A stretch of 32,000 nucleotides of DNA from Prochlorococcus marinus subsp. pastoris str. CCMP1986 (lineage in GTDB: Bacteria > Cyanobacteriota > Cyanobacteriia > PCC-6307 > Cyanobiaceae). The DNA lies in NCBI RefSeq assembly GCF_000011465.1, contig NC_005072.1, forward strand, positions 1,625,991 through 1,657,990, given 5' to 3'. Made by a program: the position numbers and the translations under genes. How positions within the stretch are numbered: the first letter of the stretch is position 1; every line of letters starts with the position of its first letter. Shown here in pieces: positions 9,553-22,061 of the stretch. The notes beneath the pieces are model-generated. The model saw only the letters and a program-made list of their open reading frames with translations, was not told the origin of the DNA and did no database searches.

Positions 9553-12126
9553 ATGAAGAAATTGGAAACATTGCTCAAAGATTATGCAAATCATGTAGCT
9601 GAGAGAGCTACTAAAGGCATACCTCCATTACCACTAAATGCAGAACAGACTAACTGTATTACTAACCTCTTGGAGCAAAACACTAATTACGATAGTGAAT
9701 ATTTGCTAGATTTGCTCATAAATAGAGTACCGCCAGGGGTAGACGAGGCAGCATATGTAAAAGCAAGCTGGCTTACGGCAATTGCTCAAAGCGAAAAACA
9801 TTGCAGATACATTAACCCTGAGAGAGCAATTGAGATACTAGGCACAATGATAGGTGGATATAATGTTAATTCTCTGGTTGAAATACTTAAAGGGGAAAAT
9901 AGTTTACTAGCTAAAAAAGCAGCAGAGGTTTTAAAAAATATCATTCTTGTTTACGATTCGGCGAATGATATTTATGAATTATCTCAAAATAATATTTATG
10001 CACAAGAAGTAGTAAATAGTTGGGCAAATGCAGAATGGTTCAAAAGTAAAAAAGTTCTACAGGAAGAAATTACTTGTCTAGTATTCAAAATTGATGGTGA
10101 GACAAATACAGATGACTTATCTCCTGCAGTTCACGCGACAACTCGTCCTGATATACCATTGCACGCTTTGGCTATGCTCGAATTTAAAAAGCAAGATGGA
10201 TTAGAAATTCTTGATAATCTTAAAAAACAAGAGATCCCAATTGCTTATGTTGGAGATGTAGTAGGCACAGGTAGTTCAAGAAAATCAGCTATAAATTCAC
10301 TGATTTGGCATATTGGCGAAGATATACCTTTTGTACCAAATAAAAGAACGGGAGGAATAATAATTGGCAGCAAAATAGCTCCTATTTTCTTTAATACCGC
10401 ACAAGATTCAGGAGCACTTCCGATAGAGGCTGATGTATCCCAAATGAACACAGGAGATTTAATAAAGATATTTCCTTATGAAGGCGTTATTAAAAAAATT
10501 GAAAAAAATACTAATTATGAAATAGTAATAAGTCAATTCGACTTGTATCCATCAACTATTACTGATGAAATTCAAGCTGGAGGGAGAATAAATCTCATGA
10601 TTGGTCGTTCACTCACAGACAAGATTAGAAACAAATTAGATTATCAACCTAGTGAAATATTTATCAGGCCAAAAAATCCAAAAGAATTTAATTCTGGTTT
10701 TACTCAAGCACAAAAAATAGTAGGTAAAGCATGCGGTTTAAAGGGGGTTCGACCTGGAATGACCTGTGAACCAATTATGACGACAGTTGGGAGTCAAGAT
10801 ACTACTGGGCCCATGACGAGGGATGAACTTAAAGAATTAGCTTGTTTAGGATTCACTGCAGATTTAGTTATGCAAAGTTTTTGTCACACAGCTGCATATC
10901 CTAAACCAGTAGATTTGCTTACACATAAAGAATTACCTGACTTTATATCTCAAAGAGGTGGAGTAGCTCTAAAACCCGGGGATGGAATAATTCACAGCTG
11001 GCTTAACAGAATGCTCCTTCCTGATACTGTTGGTACAGGTGGAGATAGTCATACAAGATTCCCTCTTGGAATTTCATTTCCTGGAGGCTCGGGCATTGTT
11101 GCCTTTGCTGCTGCAATAGGATCAATGCCATTAAATATGCCAGAATCAGTACTCGTAAAATTTAAGGGCGATTTATTACCAGGCATAACCTTACGAGATT
11201 TAGTTAATGCAATCCCACTCTTTGCGATTAAAAAGGGACTTTTGACTGTTGAAAAAGCAAATAAAAAAAATATATTTAACGGAAAAATTATGGAAATTGA
11301 AGGATTGCCTAACTTAAAACTTGAACAAGCTTTCGAACTAACTGATGCTACTGCTGAACGCTCATGCGCTGGAAGCACAATACTTTTATCACAGGAAACT
11401 GTTCAAGAATACATAAGAAGCAATATTTGCCTTTTAGAAAAAATGATTGAGAGCAATTATGAAGATTCAAAGTCAATATCAAGAAGAATTAATGATATGA
11501 AAAATTGGTTAAAGAAACCTGAATTAATTCAGCCAGATCTGAATGCCAGTTACGAAGAAATAATTGAAATTGACTTATCTCAAGTTAAACAACCTATAGT
11601 TGCTTGTCCCAACGATCCAGACAATGTGAAAGAAATTGTTGATGTTGCAAATACAAATATTGATGAAGTTTTTATAGGTTCTTGTATGACAAACATTGGT
11701 CACTACAGGGCTGCCGCAAAAGTTCTTGAAGGTGTGAAAAATTTAAAGGCAAAACTATGGATTTGTCCACCCACAAAAATGGATGAGGAAACTCTGAAAC
11801 AAGAAGGTTACTATGAAATATTTGAAAATTGTGGTGCGAGATTAGAATTGCCTGGCTGTTCTTTATGCATGGGAAATCAAGCCAGAGTAGATGAAGGATC
11901 AATTGTATTTTCTACTAGTACAAGAAATTTTGACAATAGGCTTGGGAAAAATGCTCAAGTATTTTTAGGGAGTGCAGAATTAGCAGCAGTTTGTGCACTT
12001 CTTGGAAAAATTCCTGAAATAGAAGAATATCAGGATATTACTAAAAATAAAATTAATCCATATTCTGATGAACTTTATCGCTATCTTCAATTTGATGAAA
12101 TACACGATTTCAGCTTGTCAAAGTAA
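9553..12126 (+). CDS. acnB: Bifunctional aconitate hydratase 2 / 2-methylisocitrate dehydratase
   Basis: 857 aa. Contains [63 protein letters not shown]-like text, [38 protein letters not shown] and [14 protein letters not shown] (Fe-S ligands). Confidence 0.97.
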   Translation: [857 protein letters not shown]

Positions 12127-12135
12127 TCATGGACT

Positions 12136-13494
12136 ATGCGAAACCTTATAAAAGAAAATATTAAAAAAACAGGAAATAACTCTTCTCGAAGCATTAAAAA
12201 ATTACTTAAACAAAGATCTTTTGTTGTTTTCATATCAATTCTATTAACAGGTTTAGGGGCATCAATTACTAGTATTTCTTTTAAAACTGGAATTTATTTT
12301 ATAAATAATTGGAGATTAGAACTTTTAAATCATTTTCCGTCTGTTGCAGTCCTACCACTATTTGGTGCAGTTGGTGGAGCTATTGCAGGATTTTTGATTA
12401 AAAATTTTGCTCCTGCAGCGAAAGGTTCAGGTGTAAGTCAAATCATGGGATTTTTAAGACATAAAAAAGTACCTATGAATCTTAAAGTTGGATTAGTCAA
12501 ATTAATATCTGGAATCATTGCAATCGGAAGCGGGTTCCCTTTGGGTCCTGAAGGTCCATCAGTTCAAATGGGGGGTTCAGTTGCTTGGCAAATGGCAAGA
12601 TGGCTAAAAGCTCCTCTAGCATTTAGAAGAGTAATAGTTGCTGCTGGAGGTGGAGCTGGAATAGCAGCAGTATTTAGCGCTCCTTTGGGTGGCTTCATTT
12701 ACGCAATTGAAGAATTATTAAATTCTGCAAGACCAGTAATCTTATTATTAGTCGTAATTACAACTTTCATAGCAGATTCATCTGCAGATATTATTCAAGC
12801 CTTGGGTTTAGATCCAAAAGCCGGGGGTTTTGATTTCAATCTAGGCTTTTTAATCCAAAAAGAATATGATCCATCTGTCTTTTTCTTACCTATTGATTTT
12901 ATTTACCTTGTGTTACTTGGAATAATTATTGGATTATTCGCAGAACTTTATAGTAAGTATGTTCTTTTTATGCAAAAGCTTGGAAAAAAATGGTATAAAA
13001 ATAAATTTGTTCTAAAAATGAGTATTTGCGGACTTTTACTTGGAAGCATTTATTCTTTTTTGCCTAGCTCTTTCCATAATTTAGATGAATTGCAAAAAAT
13101 AATAGTCGAAAAGAATACGAATATTGAAATAGCCTTTTTAGCTGTATTTATACTTTTTATAACAACAGGATTAGCCGCTGCATCTGGAGCCCCTGGAGGG
13201 CTATTCTATCCGATGCTCACTTTAGGAGGAGCTATTGGATTAATCATGGGAACCTGGGTAGAAATTGCTACAGGTCATGCCCCAAGTACATATATATTTG
13301 CTGGAATGGGGGCATTTGTAGCTGGATGTTCAAGAACACCAATAACTGCAATGTTCTTAGCTTTTGCTTTAACAAAAAATTTATTAATTATGAAGCCCGT
13401 TCTCATTAGCTGTATTGCAAGTTTCCTAGTAGCAAGAGCGTTTAATGAAGAATCAATTTATGAAAGACAAATTCAAATTGAATTAGAAGATTAA
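12136..13494 (+). CDS. ClC-family voltage-gated chloride channel / H+-Cl- exchange transporter
   Basis: 452 aa membrane protein with ClC selectivity motifs: GSGVSQIMG, GSGFPLGPEGPSVQMGG, GGAGIAAVFSAPLGGFIYAIEEL, GAPGGLFYPMLTLGGAIG, GMGAFVAGCSRTPITAM. Confidence 0.94.
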   Translation: MRNLIKENIKKTGNNSSRSIKKLLKQRSFVVFISILLTGLGASITSISFKTGIYFINNWRLELLNHFPSVAVLPLFGAVGGAIAGFLIKNFAPAAKGSGVSQIMGFLRHKKVPMNLKVGLVKLISGIIAIGSGFPLGPEGPSVQMGGSVAWQMARWLKAPLAFRRVIVAAGGGAGIAAVFSAPLGGFIYAIEELLNSARPVILLLVVITTFIADSSADIIQALGLDPKAGGFDFNLGFLIQKEYDPSVFFLPIDFIYLVLLGIIIGLFAELYSKYVLFMQKLGKKWYKNKFVLKMSICGLLLGSIYSFLPSSFHNLDELQKIIVEKNTNIEIAFLAVFILFITTGLAAASGAPGGLFYPMLTLGGAIGLIMGTWVEIATGHAPSTYIFAGMGAFVAGCSRTPITAMFLAFALTKNLLIMKPVLISCIASFLVARAFNEESIYERQIQIELED

Positions 13495-13503
13495 AAATTA
13501 TTT

Positions 13504-14358
13504 TCAATCAAAAACAGCGGTTTTGCTCTTATAAACAAATACTTGATGATTTAGATGTAATCTAACAGCCCTTGCCAAAGCAACTCTCTCTATGTCCCTA
13601 CCTTTTCGAATCAAATCATCAACTTCATCTCTATGACTTACATTGACAGTACATTGTTCAATAATTGGGCCCTCATCAAGATCTTTAGTTACATAATGTG
13701 CTGTAGCACCTATTAATTTTACACCCCTTTTCCATGCACGATGATATGGTTGAGCGCCCTTAAAAGCAGGTAAGAAAGAATGATGAATATTTATTATTGA
13801 TGAAAACTTTTGCACAAAAGAATCACTCAAAATTTGCATATATTTAGCTAATACAACAAAATCGATATCAAATTGATCGATTAATTTTAAAATCTGATCT
13901 TCAACATCAGATTTCGAGGAATTAACAGTATCAAAATAAACAAATTGTGAATTAAAGTCATTCGCAATACTTTCAAGATCAGGATGATTAGAAATTATTA
14001 ATGGGACATTCATTTTAAGTTCGCCATTTCTTACTCGCCAAAGTAAATCAATTAAACAATGATTTTGTTTACTCACAAAAATAGCAACATTCGGAATCTC
14101 ATCTGAATAATTAATATTAAATTTTCCATTTATATCAACTGCAATTGTTTGAAACTTATCATAAATATCCTTTCTATTAATTGTTGTATGGATACTATTC
14201 CACTCAATCCTACTAAGAAATAGTCCCGCATCTTGATCTGTATGATGATCTGAATGCTTGATATTGCCACCATAATCGGATATCCAACTTGTAAGCTTAC
14301 TTACTAAGCCTGGACGATCAGGACAAACAATTTTGAATATAATTGAGGGATGTTCCAA
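13504..14358 (-). CDS. purU: Formyltetrahydrofolate deformylase
   Basis: N-terminal ACT-like domain (CPDRPGLVSKLTSWISDYGGNIKHSDHHTD) plus a formyltransferase-fold domain (LAKYMQILS..., INIHHSFLPAFKGAQPYHRAWKRGVKLIGATAHYVTKDLDEGPIIEQ). Confidence 0.94.
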   Translation of the reverse strand: MEHPSIIFKIVCPDRPGLVSKLTSWISDYGGNIKHSDHHTDQDAGLFLSRIEWNSIHTTINRKDIYDKFQTIAVDINGKFNINYSDEIPNVAIFVSKQNHCLIDLLWRVRNGELKMNVPLIISNHPDLESIANDFNSQFVYFDTVNSSKSDVEDQILKLIDQFDIDFVVLAKYMQILSDSFVQKFSSIINIHHSFLPAFKGAQPYHRAWKRGVKLIGATAHYVTKDLDEGPIIEQCTVNVSHRDEVDDLIRKGRDIERVALARAVRLHLNHQVFVYKSKTAVFD

Positions 14359-14406
14359 AGAAAATTTAATTGTTTAATCAAATAAGTAAGTACACCTAAT
14401 ATATCA

Positions 14407-17405
<2,999 letters not shown>

Positions 17406-17507
17406 TTAATATTCTCCATAATCGGTCATTGACGACATTATTGTTACTCTGAAACGGGGTGTGGTTCCCGAACAGATTACAATTTTCCTGCAAAATTCTT
17501 CTTAATA

Positions 17508-18365
17508 ATGATTACAAGTAAAACATCATTTCTTGCTTTGATTGGAAACCCAGTAAGTCATTCTTTGTCTCCAATTATGCAAAATGCAGCTATTCAATAT
17601 TTAGGCCTTGATTTAATTTATATGGCTATACCTTGTAAAAATGAAGACTTAGAAATAGTTGTTAATTCTATAAAAAAAATGAATTGTAAAGGTTTGAACA
17701 TTACAATTCCTTTTAAGCAAAAAGTATTTGATATGTGTAGTGAAATATCTCCAGTTGCAAAGAAAGTGAAAGCTATTAATACCCTGAAATTAAACGATAA
17801 TAAAAATTGGATTGGAACAAATACTGATATTGATGGATTTATCTATCCTTTAAAAAATCTTAATTTAATAAAAAAGAGTTCATTAATTTTAGGTTCTGGA
17901 GGAGCAGCTAGATCAGTAATCCAAGGTCTAATAGAATTAAAATTATCAAAAATTACAATCATTTCACGAAAAAGAAATTCTTTAAATGAATTAATTACCA
18001 ATTTTAAAAATGATATCGAAATAAAAGGTTTGCTTAGTACTAATAACGAAATTAAAAATTTAATTCAAGAAACTGATTTAATAATCAATACAACTCCAGT
18101 AGGAATGAGCAATACCACTAATACTGATGAATTACCATTTGGTCAAGGTTTTTGGGATTCCATAAATTCCAAGACGATTGTTTATGACCTGATTTACAAT
18201 CCTTCTCCCACTCCGTTCTTAAAATTTTGCGATAAAAAAGGATGCATGACTATAGATGGTACTCAAATGCTAATTGCTCAAGGAGCAAAATCATTATCAT
18301 TCTGGACAAACGGATTAGAAGTACCTTATGAGGTTATGCATGATGCATTAAAAGAATATCTTTAA
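17508..18365 (+). CDS. aroE: Shikimate dehydrogenase
   Basis: LIGNPVSHSLSPIMQNAA, GLNITIPFKQKV, AINTLKLNDNKNWIGTNTDIDGF, LILGSGGAARSVIQGL, DLIYNPSPTPFL and TIDGTQMLIAQGAKSLSFWTN. Confidence 0.95.
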   Translation: MITSKTSFLALIGNPVSHSLSPIMQNAAIQYLGLDLIYMAIPCKNEDLEIVVNSIKKMNCKGLNITIPFKQKVFDMCSEISPVAKKVKAINTLKLNDNKNWIGTNTDIDGFIYPLKNLNLIKKSSLILGSGGAARSVIQGLIELKLSKITIISRKRNSLNELITNFKNDIEIKGLLSTNNEIKNLIQETDLIINTTPVGMSNTTNTDELPFGQGFWDSINSKTIVYDLIYNPSPTPFLKFCDKKGCMTIDGTQMLIAQGAKSLSFWTNGLEVPYEVMHDALKEYL

Positions 18366-18474
18366 TCAAAAAATTAAATGCTATTTATAAAGAATTTGAC
18401 CTTGATAATGTATCGTAAGTAATGAACAGACGCTCATTAAGCATATTCTGAGCCAAAGACCTTGTCTGAAAATT

Positions 18475-18939
18475 ATGACTGATCAAATTTATTACGAAAC
18501 AATGTACATTCTTCGTCCCGATATAGCTGAGGACGAGGTAACTAATCATATAGATAAATATAATAAACTTCTTGAGGAATCAGGGGGTAAAATCCTCGAC
18601 AGTCAAATGAGAGGTAAAAGAAGATTAGCTTATCAAATAGCAAAACATAGAGAAGGTATTTATGTTCAATTAAGTCATCAAGGTGATGGCCAACACATTT
18701 TCAAAATAGAAAAAGCAATGCGTTTAAGTGAAGATGTTATTAGATATTTAACAGTAAAACAAGAAGGACCTTTACCTACGCCAAGATCTTCAAATAAAGG
18801 ATATAATCAATCAGAGAAAAAAGATATTGAGAGTATTGATTCAACTAATAAATCAGAATTTAAAGAGGAAGCTAATGATAAAAAAACGGCAACTTCTGAA
18901 TCTACATCATCTCAAGGTAAAGAGTCTCAAAAGTCTTGA
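18475..18939 (+). CDS. rpsF: 30S ribosomal protein S6
   Basis: 154 aa. [43 protein letters not shown] and [14 protein letters not shown] match S6. It has a longer, polar, low-complexity C-terminal tail. Confidence 0.95.
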   Translation: MTDQIYYETMYILRPDIAEDEVTNHIDKYNKLLEESGGKILDSQMRGKRRLAYQIAKHREGIYVQLSHQGDGQHIFKIEKAMRLSEDVIRYLTVKQEGPLPTPRSSNKGYNQSEKKDIESIDSTNKSEFKEEANDKKTATSESTSSQGKESQKS

Positions 18940-18942
18940 ACG

Positions 18943-20157
18943 CTATTTATTCTTTTTTGAATTTAATTCTGCCCATATTTTATTGGACATCCCCCACATA
19001 TAAATAAATCCTTCTGCTTGCTTGTGATTAAAAATATCATCTTTACTATAAGTTGCCAAATCTTCCCTATAGAGAGAGTTATTTTGAGAAGAACGACCAA
19101 TTACTATCGCATTTCCCTTATGTAATCTTATTTTGACCTTACCGTTAACAGATGATTGAGTGGAATCAATAAAACCATCTAATGCTTGCTTGAGAGGACC
19201 AAACCAAAATCCCTGATAAACTAATTGACCCCATTTTTTTTCTACTATATTTTTAAAATCTAATACATCTGGATTTAATGTTATGCTTTCCAATTCTTTG
19301 TGAGCTTTTATAAGAAGTAAAAGGCCGGGCGCCTCATAGATTTCTCTGCTCTTAATACCGACAACTCTATCTTCAATCATATCTATTCTTCCAAAGCCAT
19401 GTTCGCCTGCTAGAGAATTAGCCTTTTGAATAATCTCTACAGGACTTAAAAATTCATTTCCTATTGCAATAGGAAATCCATTTTGAAATATAATTTCTAC
19501 GTCTTTTGGAGCATTTGGTGCGTTATTAATAGATGAAGTCATATCAAAAACGTCTTCATCTGGTTCTTGCATTGGATCTTCCAATAAACCAGCTTCAATA
19601 CTACGACCAAGAAGATTCACATCAATCGAATAAGGAGACTTCTTAGAAACAGGAGCTGGAATTCCAAATTTTTCACCATACAAAATAGCTTCTTCTCTAC
19701 TCATCTTCCATTCTCTAGCAGGTGTAATTATCTGTAAATCAGGTCCTAAAGCATGAATAGCCAAATCAAATCTTACTTGATCATTTCCTTTTCCTGTACA
19801 GCCGTGCGCCACTGCATCAGCATTTAGTTCTCTTGCTAAATTTACGAGATTTTCAGCTATCAGTGGTCTAGCCAAAGCAGTTGATAAAGGATACTTTTCT
19901 CCATAAAGTGCATTCGCTCTAATAGCAGGAAAAGCATACTTTTCTACAAAATTATCTACTAAATTCCCAATCACAGATTTTGTTGCACCTGAATTTAAGG
20001 CTTTTTGTCTAACAATCTCTAAATCATCTCCTTGGCCAAGATCAGCTACAAAAGTTACAACTTCTGAAATACCGTATTCATTTTTTAAATATGGAATGCA
20101 GACACTAGTATCAACTCCTCCAGAATATGCAAGAACAACTTTTTTTACCTGCTGCAT
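18943..20157 (-). CDS. argG: Argininosuccinate synthase
   Basis: [102 protein letters not shown]. Confidence 0.98.
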   Translation of the reverse strand: MQQVKKVVLAYSGGVDTSVCIPYLKNEYGISEVVTFVADLGQGDDLEIVRQKALNSGATKSVIGNLVDNFVEKYAFPAIRANALYGEKYPLSTALARPLIAENLVNLARELNADAVAHGCTGKGNDQVRFDLAIHALGPDLQIITPAREWKMSREEAILYGEKFGIPAPVSKKSPYSIDVNLLGRSIEAGLLEDPMQEPDEDVFDMTSSINNAPNAPKDVEIIFQNGFPIAIGNEFLSPVEIIQKANSLAGEHGFGRIDMIEDRVVGIKSREIYEAPGLLLLIKAHKELESITLNPDVLDFKNIVEKKWGQLVYQGFWFGPLKQALDGFIDSTQSSVNGKVKIRLHKGNAIVIGRSSQNNSLYREDLATYSKDDIFNHKQAEGFIYMWGMSNKIWAELNSKKNK

Positions 20158-20208
20158 TAAAATTTACCTCCAGTAAAGAAAGCTGAAATCCTAATTACTT
20201 TCAGCTTT

Positions 20209-20394
20209 CTAAATTTTATTAAAAACTAATATTATTGTAACTACAAGTGCCGGACCACAAACTAATAAAAGTACAAGATAATTATTAATTAATAAAAAAT
20301 CTGGCTTTAAAAAGCCATAGTATTTAAAAAAAATGGCTAACAAGACTGACATTGGCCAAATTAGAAAATATTTTAAATTTTCTTTATCAAACAA
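20209..20394 (-). CDS. Small hypothetical membrane protein (61 aa, two predicted hydrophobic segments)
   Basis: ATG-initiated ORF filling the gap between argG and a divergent ORF on the other strand. It has hydrophobic stretches YFLIWPMSVLLAIFF and YLVLLLVCGPALVVTIILVF. No other gene occupies this interval. Confidence 0.55.
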   Translation of the reverse strand: MFDKENLKYFLIWPMSVLLAIFFKYYGFLKPDFLLINNYLVLLLVCGPALVVTIILVFNKI

Positions 20395-20448
20395 AATTCT
20401 TCAAGTACATGTTTATGTATTATGGTATATAAATAAAGATTTTTTTAA

Positions 20449-20727
20449 ATGGATTCTAATAAACTCAAAATTAGATTAAACGAAATTGCTGAAGTAAATC
20501 CAGCCTTAACTTGCTATCACAGAGAAGACCCTGCTCCTGTACTGCCATTAAGAGAAGAACCTGATTTGCTATCTTGGCTAGAAGACACAGGCAGACTTGT
20601 AAACGAAAAAGATGGAGATTCTCAAGAGATAAGTACAATTGAAGAAGAAGAACTTTCAGCTTTAATGGGAGAAAAAGAAGATTATAAAACCGAAGAAGAC
20701 GTTTCAAATGATGATTGGGAAGACTAG
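20449..20727 (+). CDS. Conserved hypothetical cyanobacterial protein (DUF3134-like)
   Basis: 92 aa, strongly acidic. The NPALTCYHREDPAPVLPLREEPDLLSWLEDTGRL core resembles the small cyanobacterial DUF3134 family as I recall it. Confidence 0.65.
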   Translation: MDSNKLKIRLNEIAEVNPALTCYHREDPAPVLPLREEPDLLSWLEDTGRLVNEKDGDSQEISTIEEEELSALMGEKEDYKTEEDVSNDDWED

Positions 20728-21787
20728 ATCGCTAACTTTTACATCATTATTTTTTTTACTTGTAATTTCATTAATAGTAAATTCTTACATTTTCAATAGT
20801 TTACTAATAATTAATATTTTTCTAATATCAAGTTTAATTTCCTTAGTAATAACAAAATATGGTTTTAAAATAATTTCACGATTAAATTTATTACAAAATA
20901 TTAGAAGTGAAGGTCCATCTCTTCATTTTAATAAAACAAATACTCCTACGATGGGCGGAATATTTATTATTTTGCCCTTTTTATTACTACTTTTAATAGT
21001 TAATAATTACGTTGATTCTGTTGGTATATTATTATTATTTTTTTGTACTATAAGTTTTTTTATTATAGGATTTTTAGACGATTATTTAAGTATTGCAAAC
21101 AAAAAAAATGCAGGTCTAAAATCTAATGAAAAATTTACATTACAAGCTTTAATTGCAGTTTTATTTATCATATTTGCAAGTCAAAGCAATTATATTAATC
21201 CTTTGATCACTATATCTAATAATTGGAATATGGATACTAATATAGTAATTTTTCCAATCTGTTTTTTAACTTTAGTAGGTTTAAGTAATGCAGTAAATTT
21301 GACTGACGGCCTAGATGGATTAGCAGCTGGATGTAGCGCAATAGTTTTTTTTGGACTTGGTACGGAAATATTTATTAAAGGTCAAAAAGATTTAATAATT
21401 TATGGTCTTATTTCCTATGCAATGTCAGGTTTGTGTATAGGTTTTCTAAAATACAACAAATATCCTGCAAAGATATTTATGGGAGATACTGGATCTTTAA
21501 CAATTGGTGCGGCGTTAGGATCTATTTCAATATTAACTAATAGTTTTTTTACGTTATTTATTATCTCAGGGATATTTATTACTGAAGCTCTATCAGTAAT
21601 GATTCAAGTAAGTTTTTTTAAAATCACCAAAAAGTTATTTAAAAAAGGGAAAAGAGTCTTTTTGATGACACCAATACATCATCATTTTGAACTAAAGGGT
21701 ATCAAAGAAGAGAAAATAGTTGAAAACTTCTGGAAAGTAAACATATTACTTATTGTTTTAGGTATAGTTTTAAAAATAAATCTTTGA
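20708..21787 (+). CDS. mraY: Phospho-N-acetylmuramoyl-pentapeptide-transferase
   Basis: Membrane protein with EGPSLHFNKTNTPTMGGIFI, GFLDDYLSI, GLSNAVNLTDGLDGLAAG, KIFMGDTGSLTIG and MTPIHHHFELKGIKEEKIV. Start at 20708 or 20711, giving a short overlap with the upstream ORF. Confidence 0.96.
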   Translation: MMIGKTRSLTFTSLFFLLVISLIVNSYIFNSLLIINIFLISSLISLVITKYGFKIISRLNLLQNIRSEGPSLHFNKTNTPTMGGIFIILPFLLLLLIVNNYVDSVGILLLFFCTISFFIIGFLDDYLSIANKKNAGLKSNEKFTLQALIAVLFIIFASQSNYINPLITISNNWNMDTNIVIFPICFLTLVGLSNAVNLTDGLDGLAAGCSAIVFFGLGTEIFIKGQKDLIIYGLISYAMSGLCIGFLKYNKYPAKIFMGDTGSLTIGAALGSISILTNSFFTLFIISGIFITEALSVMIQVSFFKITKKLFKKGKRVFLMTPIHHHFELKGIKEEKIVENFWKVNILLIVLGIVLKINL

Positions 21788-21797
21788 ATTATTAAGT

Positions 21798-22061
21798 ATG
21801 AGTTTCTTTACTTGGAAGGATGATGGCTTAACAAGTGACTGTGTCAGTCTTGATGCAATGGCATCTCGATTTGAAGAAACAGCTAAGCTAATAAAAAAAT
21901 TATCTGAAAAAGGCTTTAAATTAAAAAAAACGCAAAAGCATCAGTTAATCATTCATTCTGATCCACAAATTTTTGATCAATGGGGTTTTATAAGTGAGGA
22001 ACTACCTTTCAAACAACTTTCTTTAATTCCTGATGATGAAACTATTGTCGATTTTTCATAG
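21798..22061 (+). CDS. Short hypothetical protein (87 aa)
   Basis: ATG-start ORF right after mraY: MSFFTWKDDGLTSDCVSLDAMASRFEETAKLIKKLSEKGF.... Its composition looks protein-like and the first two-thirds has no competing gene. The last 85 nt overlap the antisense sps 3' end. Confidence 0.6.
   Translation: MSFFTWKDDGLTSDCVSLDAMASRFEETAKLIKKLSEKGFKLKKTQKHQLIIHSDPQIFDQWGFISEELPFKQLSLIPDDETIVDFS

Noticed and set aside
10245-10451. Minus-strand ORF of 68 aa inside acnB
   Set aside because: Antisense to a highly conserved enzyme, with no independent coding evidence.
11049-11378. Minus-strand ORF of 109 aa inside acnB
   Set aside because: Antisense to conserved aconitase active-site sequence; open frame explained by sense codon bias.
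11672-11902. Minus-strand ORF of 76 aa inside acnB
   Set aside because: Antisense to the Fe-S cluster region of acnB, with no domain or initiation evidence.
20471-20707. Minus-strand ORF of 78 aa antisense to the DUF3134-like ORF
   Set aside because: The plus-strand ORF has a more protein-like, family-like sequence; the antisense translation is leucine-rich and repetitive.
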